Shown in pieces: positions 44,039 through 51,131 of a stretch of DNA of 51,131 nucleotides (positions are counted from its first letter, which is position 1; each line of letters begins with the position of its first letter). Made by a program: the position numbers and the translations under genes. Location: assembly GCA_005798855.1 (NCBI GenBank), contig SYIF01000089.1:1-51131 (forward strand), given 5' to 3'. The notes beneath the pieces are model-generated. The model was not told the origin of the DNA. It ran no database searches and saw only the letters and a program-made list of their open reading frames with translations. Source of the DNA: Actinomycetota bacterium. GTDB lineage: Bacteria > Actinomycetota > Thermoleophilia > Gaiellales > F1-60-MAGs149.

Positions 44039-44928
44039 GCACGCTGCCTGCAGGAGTGATGGCGGATGTGCCGCTCACTCGCTATACGACAATCGGCACG
44101 GGCGGTCTGGCGCAGTACTTGGCAGAGCCGACAGAAGAATCGGCCCTCTTGGCGATGCTGCGATGGGCAGAGGAGCGAGACCTCACAATTGCAGTGATCG
44201 GTCTCGGTTCGAACCTGCTGCCTGCGGATGCGGGGTTTGCCGGACTCGTGCTGCGTCTCGACGGGGCGCTCGCTGCGATCGACGTGACCGACGCTGGCGC
44301 CACCGTGGGTGGTGGTGCAGCGCTCGCTGCAGTCGTGCGCAAGGTCGGTGATGCTGGTCTGGCGGGCTTCGAGTTCGCCTGCGCCATTCCCGGCACCATC
44401 GGTGGCGCAGTGAGGATGAACGCTGGGGCCTACGGGCGGGAGCTCAAGGACACGCTGGTGAGCGTGACGATCTGCAGTGCCACAGGCAGCCGTCGAGCAC
44501 GCGTGGACGAGCTCGAGCTGACCTATCGCCACTCGAACCTCCGCCCGGAAGAGATCGTCACACAGGCAGAGTTGGCCCTAACGCCCAGTGACCCCGCGGC
44601 GATCAAAGCACTCGTACGGGGCTACCAGGATCGTCGCTCGGCCGCCCAGCCGCGCAAAGCGCGGACGTTTGGCAGCGTCTTCAAAAACCCACCAGGCGAG
44701 CGGACGAGTGGCCAGATCTTGGAGGCGTGTGGGCTCAAGGGCTACACCGTCGGTGGCGCAAGGATCTCCGAAAAGCATGCGAACTTCATCGAGAACTTTG
44801 CAGATGCGACGTCCGCCGATGTGGTGGCGTTGATGGTCGAGGCGCGTCGACGGGCGCGCGAGCAGTGCGGCGTCGAACTCGAACACGAGGTCCAGACGCT
44901 CGGCGACATCGTAATCCCGCCCACGTAA
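44035..44928 (+). CDS. murB: UDP-N-acetylenolpyruvoylglucosamine reductase
   Basis: Motifs are G.GSNLL, IPG..GGA..MNAGAYG and SVFKNP, followed by the C-terminal domain. Confidence 0.9.
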   Translation: MSTLPAGVMADVPLTRYTTIGTGGLAQYLAEPTEESALLAMLRWAEERDLTIAVIGLGSNLLPADAGFAGLVLRLDGALAAIDVTDAGATVGGGAALAAVVRKVGDAGLAGFEFACAIPGTIGGAVRMNAGAYGRELKDTLVSVTICSATGSRRARVDELELTYRHSNLRPEEIVTQAELALTPSDPAAIKALVRGYQDRRSAAQPRKARTFGSVFKNPPGERTSGQILEACGLKGYTVGGARISEKHANFIENFADATSADVVALMVEARRRAREQCGVELEHEVQTLGDIVIPPT

Positions 44929-44990
44929 GCCCTCTCACCGGATGGCGAGGCAGCGCGCTTGGCGTGACTAGGTTCTGAGTTTGTCACTTC

Positions 44991-46100
44991 ATGGCAGCCA
45001 CGATGACCCCCGATCTAAGGCCGCACCTCTCGGCCAGTGCCATTCGTGATGTCTGCTCGCGGCCGGCCGTCCTGCTCGCGCTTGCCGAGGCAATCCCTGC
45101 GGCTGCCGCTCAGAGCACGCAGCAGCGTCAACAGGCTGTCGCCGACGGAGTTGCGCGAGCACTCCAACTCGCGCTCGCCCTCGGTCGGTCGGAGGACGTC
45201 GCGCGCACGAACCACGTATTGCTGGAGGAGGCCGCGGCGCGCCTGTGGGAGCCGATTGGTCTGGAGTCCACGCGGGTGCTGCAACGGACGGGACCCAACG
45301 GGCTCTTTGCCTACCTCGTAGTCGATGGTGCGGTGCGTCGTGAGGCGTGGCGCGCAGATACTCAGCGGCGTCGCGAAGAGCACATCGACGAGCTCCCAGC
45401 CGATGCGACCGCAGAGTTCGATCGTGACCCTGTCGATCTGACGCGCTTTCGGATCGACGTCGAGCGGACCGCTGCCTGGACAGCCGAACGGATGGGAATT
45501 CCCAACGACATCGCACTCGGACTCGTCAGCAGCGAGCTCTCCTACGTCGAGGCAGGGCGTCGCACGGGACGCTCATCGAACAGTCTTTGGATGGCGATCT
45601 CCCGGCTGCGTCCCGAATGGCAGGGCGTCGCGGCGCGGGGTAGAGCGGCAGGCCTGGGCGGTGGCGTGCTCGTGCGCGTCACCGATCACGTCGACAGTGC
45701 CGTGCGGCGTGCCGTGCGCTGGCGATTGATCGGAGGCGTTGCTGCGGCGCTGCTGTTGGCCGGCACGCTCGGTGCATTGACGACAGCAAGCCTGCTCGAC
45801 GGTCAGGCGCCGCCACCGCGGGCATTTAGTGAGCCACCCCCCGAACTTGCCGCGAGTCCCGGTGAGGAACCGTATGGCCCCGCTGGTCGCCTGCTCGCGC
45901 TCGAGGCGGCTCGCCGGTTGCTGGCGAACACGAAGCCCACACCGACAGCAAAAGCGAATGCTGATCGCCCGGCAGCGGCGAATGGCAATCAAGCGAACAG
46001 CGAGGGTGTCACGCCCTCGTCGCCACGCACTCCACCTACTACGACTCCGACAGCGACGCTGTCGTGCGGACTTGGCTCGGCCGCGTTGGCCTGTCGATGA
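44991..46100 (+). CDS. membrane protein with a sigma-70 region-4-like HTH, one TM and a Pro/Ala/Thr-rich extracytoplasmic tail
   Basis: The HTH-like segment is LSYVEAGRRTGRSSNSLWMAISRLR. The TM helix is WRLIGGVAAALLLAGTLGALTTA. The tail is low-complexity. It occupies the slot where ftsQ is usually found. Confidence 0.55.
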   Translation: MAATMTPDLRPHLSASAIRDVCSRPAVLLALAEAIPAAAAQSTQQRQQAVADGVARALQLALALGRSEDVARTNHVLLEEAAARLWEPIGLESTRVLQRTGPNGLFAYLVVDGAVRREAWRADTQRRREEHIDELPADATAEFDRDPVDLTRFRIDVERTAAWTAERMGIPNDIALGLVSSELSYVEAGRRTGRSSNSLWMAISRLRPEWQGVAARGRAAGLGGGVLVRVTDHVDSAVRRAVRWRLIGGVAAALLLAGTLGALTTASLLDGQAPPPRAFSEPPPELAASPGEEPYGPAGRLLALEAARRLLANTKPTPTAKANADRPAAANGNQANSEGVTPSSPRTPPTTTPTATLSCGLGSAALACR

Positions 46101-47182
46101 GGTTGCTGCTCCTCACGCTGTTTTTCGGGTTGGCTCTGGCGGGGACCTGTCAGGCCGCGCCCGTCATCACGAGCCCGCCAATTATCGGCGGCGAGGCACT
46201 CGTCGGACTGCGTCTTGAGGCTGCAGACACGCAGGTCGAAGAGGCGATGGACGTCGATCTGACGCTCAGCTGGGAGCGTTCAGTGGACGCTGGTAGCTTT
46301 GTGGAAATTCCTGGAGCGCACGACACGACCTACCTCGTGGTCACTGCGGATGCGGGCAGCCGGTTGCGCGTTCACGCGGTGGTGGAGACCGCCGAGGGCA
46401 GAGATGAGTCCTGGTCTGCTGCAACTGCACCCGTGGCGCGCGCCTCGGACGCCGACCAGTCTGGCGTTCGGCTCCGCCTTGGACCGGCTCGCAACGCTCC
46501 GGTCGCACTCGCACAGTGGGTTGTCACCGCAGGGTCCGAGGTAGCGGTTTCCGGACAGCTGCCAGTCGATCAGCTCGAGGTAACGGCGATGATCGTGCTG
46601 GAGCCGACCGTGGCTGGGTATCGGTTAGTTCGCGCCACGTTGGCTGGCGACGAGCGTGGACGACTCAATGGCACGATCGTTCCACTCGTCAATGCGGTCG
46701 CCTGGCTCGAGCTTGACCATGGCCTGGCCGCGCCCCAACGCATCCGACTCGGCGCGGTCGGCGTTCGCCCACAGATTCGACTCCGCCTCGCAGCAAGCCA
46801 CGATGGCTTTGATGGTCAAGGTCGAACGCTGATCCGCGATCTTGCCGTGCTGCCCGGGAGCGTCGTTGCGCCGGGAGTGGAGGGGCTCCGCCTCAGCTGG
46901 GAGGGTATCCTGCCGGGCGAACGTCGAGGCACTGCCGTCTGTCGCCGGAGCGAGCGGGTGCTGTCTGCGGACGCGGGAGTACTCCACGGTAACTGTGCCA
47001 CGCGGGGTGCGTGGAGCCGTGCCCGTTGGCGCCTCGTCTACGACCCCGGTACGAACGACCCGGGCAGTTCGCCGTACCTCTCGGCCGCAAGCGTTTGGGT
47101 TCGGCCGCAGCTTCGTGCGCGACTGCTTTCGAAGGTGCCGAACCTCCCGCGCGCCTACGCTACCCTTCGATTGTGGAACTGA
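46097..47182 (+). CDS. secreted protein (signal peptide, Ig-like N-terminal repeat domain)
   Basis: It has an ATGA overlap with the upstream gene. The signal peptide is MRLLLLTLFFGLALAGTCQA. The N-terminal domain resembles the G..VG..L.A...W...........IPGA...TY.V...D.G..L.V.V repeat type. Confidence 0.6.
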   Translation: MRLLLLTLFFGLALAGTCQAAPVITSPPIIGGEALVGLRLEAADTQVEEAMDVDLTLSWERSVDAGSFVEIPGAHDTTYLVVTADAGSRLRVHAVVETAEGRDESWSAATAPVARASDADQSGVRLRLGPARNAPVALAQWVVTAGSEVAVSGQLPVDQLEVTAMIVLEPTVAGYRLVRATLAGDERGRLNGTIVPLVNAVAWLELDHGLAAPQRIRLGAVGVRPQIRLRLAASHDGFDGQGRTLIRDLAVLPGSVVAPGVEGLRLSWEGILPGERRGTAVCRRSERVLSADAGVLHGNCATRGAWSRARWRLVYDPGTNDPGSSPYLSAASVWVRPQLRARLLSKVPNLPRAYATLRLWN

Positions 47183-47421
47183 ACATCGTCCAAGAATTGA
47201 TCGAATCGCACTTGCCGGGAAGCCGTGCCAGCGTCGACGACTTCATGGGCGCGGGTGGGGATCATCTCGCTGTACGCGTCGAGGCCGAACAGTTCGTCGG
47301 CAAGAGCCTGATCGAGCAGCACAAGATGATCTACGCGGCTGTCCAAGAGCACCTCGATTCGGGCGCGATCCACGCGCTTTCCATTACCACCGTCCCTATT
47401 GCACCGGGAGCATCAACATGA
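47173..47421 (+). CDS. bolA: BolA-family protein
   Basis: 82 aa from a GTG start. The pattern is I...L...LPGS...V.D...GGDH..V.V....F.G...I.QH.MIY..V......G.IHAL.I.T. Confidence 0.8.
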   Translation: MELNIVQELIESHLPGSRASVDDFMGAGGDHLAVRVEAEQFVGKSLIEQHKMIYAAVQEHLDSGAIHALSITTVPIAPGAST

Positions 47422-47750
47422 GCGTCATGAGCGACGAGGACATCCTCAACGAGATCACCGCGATCATCACGGGCAACCGGGTCGCACTGTTCATGAAGGG
47501 CACGCCAGAGGAGCCGCGCTGCGGTTTTTCGGCACGCGTGTCTGAGCGTATTCTTGAGAGCGGCGCGGAGTTCATCGCGATCGACATCCTGCCGGATCCA
47601 CGTATCCGTCAGCAGCTCTCGGCCTACTCGGGTTGGCCCACCACGCCACAGCTGTTTGTGGATGGCGAACTGATTGGTGGCTGCGACATCGTTGAGGAAC
47701 TGCACACGCAGGGCGAGCTCGCCAAGATCCTCACTCCCGACGCCGTCTAA
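47418..47750 (+). CDS. grxD: monothiol glutaredoxin (Grx4 family, CGFS)
   Basis: Motifs are V.LFMKGTPEEPRCGFS and WPT.PQLFV.GELIGG.DI. It has an ATGA overlap with bolA. Confidence 0.92.
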   Translation: MSVMSDEDILNEITAIITGNRVALFMKGTPEEPRCGFSARVSERILESGAEFIAIDILPDPRIRQQLSAYSGWPTTPQLFVDGELIGGCDIVEELHTQGELAKILTPDAV

Positions 47751-47896
47751 ACGCCTTCTTAACACTGAGCGCAGAGCCTTTACAAAGGTTCGCTGAGGCG
47801 CCACTCGGGCTCAATAGCAACGCAACATCAGCCGCTCATGATGAATTTGGGCTCCGGCTTACCGTCGGATCCCAGATCACCATTTGGAGGTTGATC

Positions 47897-48628
47897 ATGA
47901 ATCCGCAGTTGCTTTCCACGATCAAAGAGACGCCGTTCTTCGACCAGCTCGAAGGCGATCGACTCACCCGTGCTATCAGCGCCTTTCATCCCGTTCGTTT
48001 CGAACGCGGTGAGATCATCTCGGGCGTAGCCGACGTCGATGCTCGCACGTACGTCATCGTCGATGGCGTCGCGCGTGCCGTACGGGTCAACGAAGACGGT
48101 CGTTGTCTGACGAGTGGCCTGCTCGATGCTGGCATGGTCTTCGGTCGCCTGCCCTTCGTCGATGACATGCGCACCGAGCAGGTTGAGGCGCTCGTGGATT
48201 GCGATGTTCTCGTTGCCACCACGAATGATCTGCAGACACTCGCAGCCGTCGACCCGATCGTGGCTCGCAACCTTGCACGCTCCAACGCACTGCGTCTCCG
48301 AGCCTCCGAGGCGCGCCTCGCCGGACTTGCCTTCCAGCCGGTTCCTGCTCGGCTTGCAACCGTGCTAATCGAGTTGGCCGACCACGTCGGCAAGGTTACG
48401 CCCGAGGGCGTGCGCATCGATGTTCGTCTGACCCACGGCTCGCTCGCGGAGATGACAGGCACGACGCGGGAAACCCTGACCAAAGTCTCGGGCTGGTTGC
48501 GCTCCGAAGAGATCGCGTCGATCGAACGCCGCATAATCTGGGTTCAGGACTGGAACGCCCTGCTGGCCGTCGAAGAGGGCACGCGCACGATGCCAGGACG
48601 GACCAGCAAGGTGGTCGTGGAGCTGTAG
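47897..48628 (+). CDS. Crp/Fnr-family transcriptional regulator
   Basis: It has a cNMP-binding-like N-terminal domain (F..L........I......F.RGE.I) and a C-terminal HTH (SLAEMTGTTRETLTKVSGWL). The start is ATG 47897 or TTG 47891. Confidence 0.82.
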   Translation: MNPQLLSTIKETPFFDQLEGDRLTRAISAFHPVRFERGEIISGVADVDARTYVIVDGVARAVRVNEDGRCLTSGLLDAGMVFGRLPFVDDMRTEQVEALVDCDVLVATTNDLQTLAAVDPIVARNLARSNALRLRASEARLAGLAFQPVPARLATVLIELADHVGKVTPEGVRIDVRLTHGSLAEMTGTTRETLTKVSGWLRSEEIASIERRIIWVQDWNALLAVEEGTRTMPGRTSKVVVEL

Positions 48629-48651
48629 CGCTCGCTGCTACCGTCTGCCTC

Positions 48652-49563
48652 GTGAATCGCCTTACTGCAGTTGGATCGATTGCCTACGACAGCCTCGAGA
48701 CGCCTTTTGGTCGACGCGACCGGGCGCTCGGCGGCTCCGCCGTCCACTTCGCACTCGCTGCGAATCTGTTTACGGACGTCGGGGTCGTCGGGGTCGTCGG
48801 CGACGACTTCGATGGTGAGTCGGTGCTCACAGAACGGGGGATCGATACCGCGGGTATTCAGCGGATCGCAGGCGGCACGACGTTTGCCTGGGACGGCCGC
48901 TATGGGTTCGACCTCAACGTCGCCGAAACGCTCGACACTCGGCTCGGTGTCTTCGCAGATTTCGACCCCCAGTTGTCCGAGGCCGAGGCTGCATCGCCGG
49001 TCTTGTTTCTTGGCAACATCCAGCCCGACGTGCAACGGTCGGTTCGCCGCCAATCCAAGGCTGGTCTGGTGGCACTCGATTCGATGAATCTCTGGATTGA
49101 GATCGCTAAGGAATCGTTGCTGGAGGCAATCAGCGAGGTCGATTGCGTGATCCTCAACGATGGCGAGGCGCGCCAGTTGACGGGTGAGGCCACGCTCGTC
49201 AAGGCGGCTCGCGCGATTTCGCAGCATGGTCCACGCATCGTGGTGATCAAGCGTGGCGAGTATGGCGCTGCGCTGTTTACCGACGAGGGCTTCTTTGGTG
49301 TCCCCGGCTATCCGCTGGAAGAGGTCTTCGATCCGACGGGTGCAGGCGACTCGTTCGCGGGCGGCTTCGTGGGCTACCTGGCAGCCACGGGCCAGACAGA
49401 GCCGGATCTCGAGCAGCTTCGTCGCGCTGTCGCCTACGGGTCGGTCGTCGCCTCCTTTAACGTCGAGGAGTTCGGCACCGAGCGCGTGCAGCGTCTGACG
49501 CGCGACGAGGTCGAACGCCGTGTCGCCCAGCTCCACGCGATGACATCGTTTTCTCTGATCTGA
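48652..49563 (+). CDS. PfkB-family sugar/nucleoside kinase
   Basis: It has a ribokinase-like pattern, with NDGEA in the middle and DPTGAGDSFAGGF near the C-terminus. The start is GTG. Confidence 0.82.
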   Translation: MNRLTAVGSIAYDSLETPFGRRDRALGGSAVHFALAANLFTDVGVVGVVGDDFDGESVLTERGIDTAGIQRIAGGTTFAWDGRYGFDLNVAETLDTRLGVFADFDPQLSEAEAASPVLFLGNIQPDVQRSVRRQSKAGLVALDSMNLWIEIAKESLLEAISEVDCVILNDGEARQLTGEATLVKAARAISQHGPRIVVIKRGEYGAALFTDEGFFGVPGYPLEEVFDPTGAGDSFAGGFVGYLAATGQTEPDLEQLRRAVAYGSVVASFNVEEFGTERVQRLTRDEVERRVAQLHAMTSFSLI

Positions 49564-49567
49564 TCAA

Positions 49568-49665
49568 CTTCCTATTGGGGTCAGACCTTTTGAGGAAGTC
49601 GGATCACCCGACCAAGCAATCGAGCGGCCTCTAACTTCCTCAAAGGGTCTGACCCCAATAGGAAG
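49568..49665. repeat. long inverted repeat (32-bp arms, 34-nt spacer) between the PfkB kinase gene and thrS
   Basis: The left arm is CTTCCTATTGGGGTCAGACCTTTTGAGGAAGT (49568-49599). The right arm is ACTTCCTCAAAGGGTCTGACCCCAATAGGAAG (49634-49665). They match at 31/32 positions, and the one mismatch would be a G-U pair in RNA. Each arm is also internally self-complementary (CTTCCT...AGGAAG). Confidence 0.85.
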
Positions 49666-49716
49666 CCGATCCCAAGCCGCCACACCCCCGAGCCGCCGAT
49701 TGGTAGCCTGCTTCTT

Positions 49717-51131
49717 GTGAAGGTTCATCTCCCCGACGGCACGGAACTCGAACTCGAGGACGGCGCGACTGGTCTGGACTGCGCCCGTGCGATCGGTGAG
49801 CGTCTCGCGAAGGTCACGGCTGCCATCGAGGTCGACGGCACGGTCCAAGATCTACGCCTGCCACTGGCGGACGGGGTTACCGTCACGATCCTGCGCGTTG
49901 GCGACGAAGAGGCGCTGCCGATCTTGCGGCACTCCACAGCCCACGTCTTGGCCGAGGCTGCCCGCCATGTCTTTCCGGGCGTCAAGATCTCGATCGGTCC
50001 GCCGATCGACAACGGCTTCTATTACGACTTCGATTTCCCCGAGCCGATCGGTGAGGCCGACCTCGAGCGGCTCGAGAACGAGATGCGGCGCATCCTCAAG
50101 CAGAAGCATGCGTTCGAGCGCGCGATGATCGACCGCGAGACGGTGCGTCAGCGCTTCGTCGATGAGGGCGAGCAGTACAAGGTCGAGCTGATCGACGACC
50201 TTCCTATCGACGAGCCGCTGACGACGTACACGCAAGACGATTTCTCCGACCTCTGCCGCGGACCTCATCTGCAGGACACGGGCCCGATCAAGGCTTTCAA
50301 GTTGACGCATCTCGCAGGTGCCTATTGGCGTGGCGACTCGACTCGCCCGATGCTGACGCGGGTCTACGGCACCGCCTTCTTCACGCAGGACGATCTCGAG
50401 TTGCACCTCCACAATATTGAGGAGGCCCAGAAGCGTGATCATCGCCGGCTCGGTCGCGAGCTCGATCTCTTCTCGTTTAACGACGCCTCACCGGGCGGGC
50501 CGTTCTGGCACCCCAAAGGCATGGTCGTCTGGAACACACTGGTGGACATGTGGCGCGGCGAAAACAATGCGCGTGGCTACCAAGAGGTAAAGACGCCAAT
50601 TCTCTATGCGTCGGATCTCTGGAAGACCTCCGGTCATTGGGAGAAGTTCCGCGAGAACATGTACCTGCTCGAGATCGAAGAGCGCGCCTTTGGTATGAAG
50701 CCGATGAACTGCCCGGCCCACTGCCTGATCTTCAAGAGCCAGCGCCGCTCGTATCGCGAGCTGCCGTTGCGGATGAACGAGGTTGGTCTCGTCCACCGGC
50801 ACGAGCCGTCCGGCACGCTGCACGGCCTGATGCGCGTCCGGCATATCACCCAAGACGATGCGCACCTGTTCGTGACCTCGGATCAGATCGAGGAGGAGGT
50901 CCAGAACGTACTCGGCTTCGCGCTCGACCTCTACGAGCTGTTCGCGATGAACTTCAAGATCGAGTTGTCGACGCGACCCGAGGTGCGGGTGGGGGACGAC
51001 GCGATCTGGGACAAGGCGGAGGAGTCGCTGCATCGCGTCTTACAGGCGCGCGGCATCGACTATCGCGTCAACGAGGGCGACGGCGCCTTCTACGGACCGA
51101 AGATCGACATTCACCTGACCGACTCGCTGGG
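49717..51131 (+). CDS. thrS: threonine--tRNA ligase (5' partial, runs off the window)
   Basis: The frame is open from GTG 49717 to the window end, so it is not in the ORF track. It has a TGS domain (VKVHLPDG...), then RHSTAHVLA, GPPIDNGFYYDF, GPH, and class II motifs (RRSYRELPLR, VRHITQDDAH). Confidence 0.92.
   Translation, partial: MKVHLPDGTELELEDGATGLDCARAIGERLAKVTAAIEVDGTVQDLRLPLADGVTVTILRVGDEEALPILRHSTAHVLAEAARHVFPGVKISIGPPIDNGFYYDFDFPEPIGEADLERLENEMRRILKQKHAFERAMIDRETVRQRFVDEGEQYKVELIDDLPIDEPLTTYTQDDFSDLCRGPHLQDTGPIKAFKLTHLAGAYWRGDSTRPMLTRVYGTAFFTQDDLELHLHNIEEAQKRDHRRLGRELDLFSFNDASPGGPFWHPKGMVVWNTLVDMWRGENNARGYQEVKTPILYASDLWKTSGHWEKFRENMYLLEIEERAFGMKPMNCPAHCLIFKSQRRSYRELPLRMNEVGLVHRHEPSGTLHGLMRVRHITQDDAHLFVTSDQIEEEVQNVLGFALDLYELFAMNFKIELSTRPEVRVGDDAIWDKAEESLHRVLQARGIDYRVNEGDGAFYGPKIDIHLTDSL

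Noticed and set aside
49564-49716. T-box riboswitch upstream of thrS
   Set aside because: No T-box consensus (AGGGTGGNACCGCG-like) or specifier-loop architecture is visible. Only the long inverted repeat is present.

Overview
GC-rich, gene-dense chromosomal segment that looks like Actinomycetota. This is suggested by a fused PafBC-type WYL regulator, an actinobacterial-style tad locus with split TadB/TadC, and the dcw gene order. No rRNA, tRNA or CRISPR was recognised. Content from left to right: (1) System-I cytochrome c maturation genes ccmE-ccmF, where CcmE carries Cys in place of the heme-binding His. (2) A crotonase and a DUF59 Fe-S protein. (3) An IS3-family insertion sequence (4153..5422) with a CCCAAAA -1 frameshift site. 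(4) rpsR and rnhA, then queG. (5) A collagen-like (GXY)10 protein. (6) A fused PafBC-like regulator divergent from dinB. (7) Two zinc-ribbon proteins, one of them a SPOR protein with 11 tandem TDTGI repeats. (8) hbd and a two-component system. (9) A split Flp/Tad-type pilus locus (17.4-26.5 kb). Four proteins in it share an RRGQxxxE[YW] Flp-type leader, including two ~275-aa paralogs and a CHAP peptidoglycan hydrolase. Its ATPase and platform genes are chained by overlapping start/stop codons to a DUF192 gene and a second two-component system. (10) An orphan solute-binding protein, trxA, a GH15 hydrolase and a PfkB kinase. (11) A complete dcw cluster, mraZ through murB, preceded by a readable promoter with three phased GTGGG MraZ boxes, a perfect SOS (Cheo) box and a 44-bp perfect palindrome. 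(12) Downstream of murB there is no ftsQ/ftsA/ftsZ. A membrane protein with a sigma-70 region-4-like HTH and a coupled secreted protein sit there instead. (13) bolA-grxD, a Crp/Fnr regulator, a second PfkB kinase, a 32-bp-arm inverted repeat, and the 5' part of thrS. The best candidate for something new is the tad-like locus with its leader-bearing CHAP enzyme and large pilin-like paralogs. All functional calls come from motif recognition by eye, and no database search was run.
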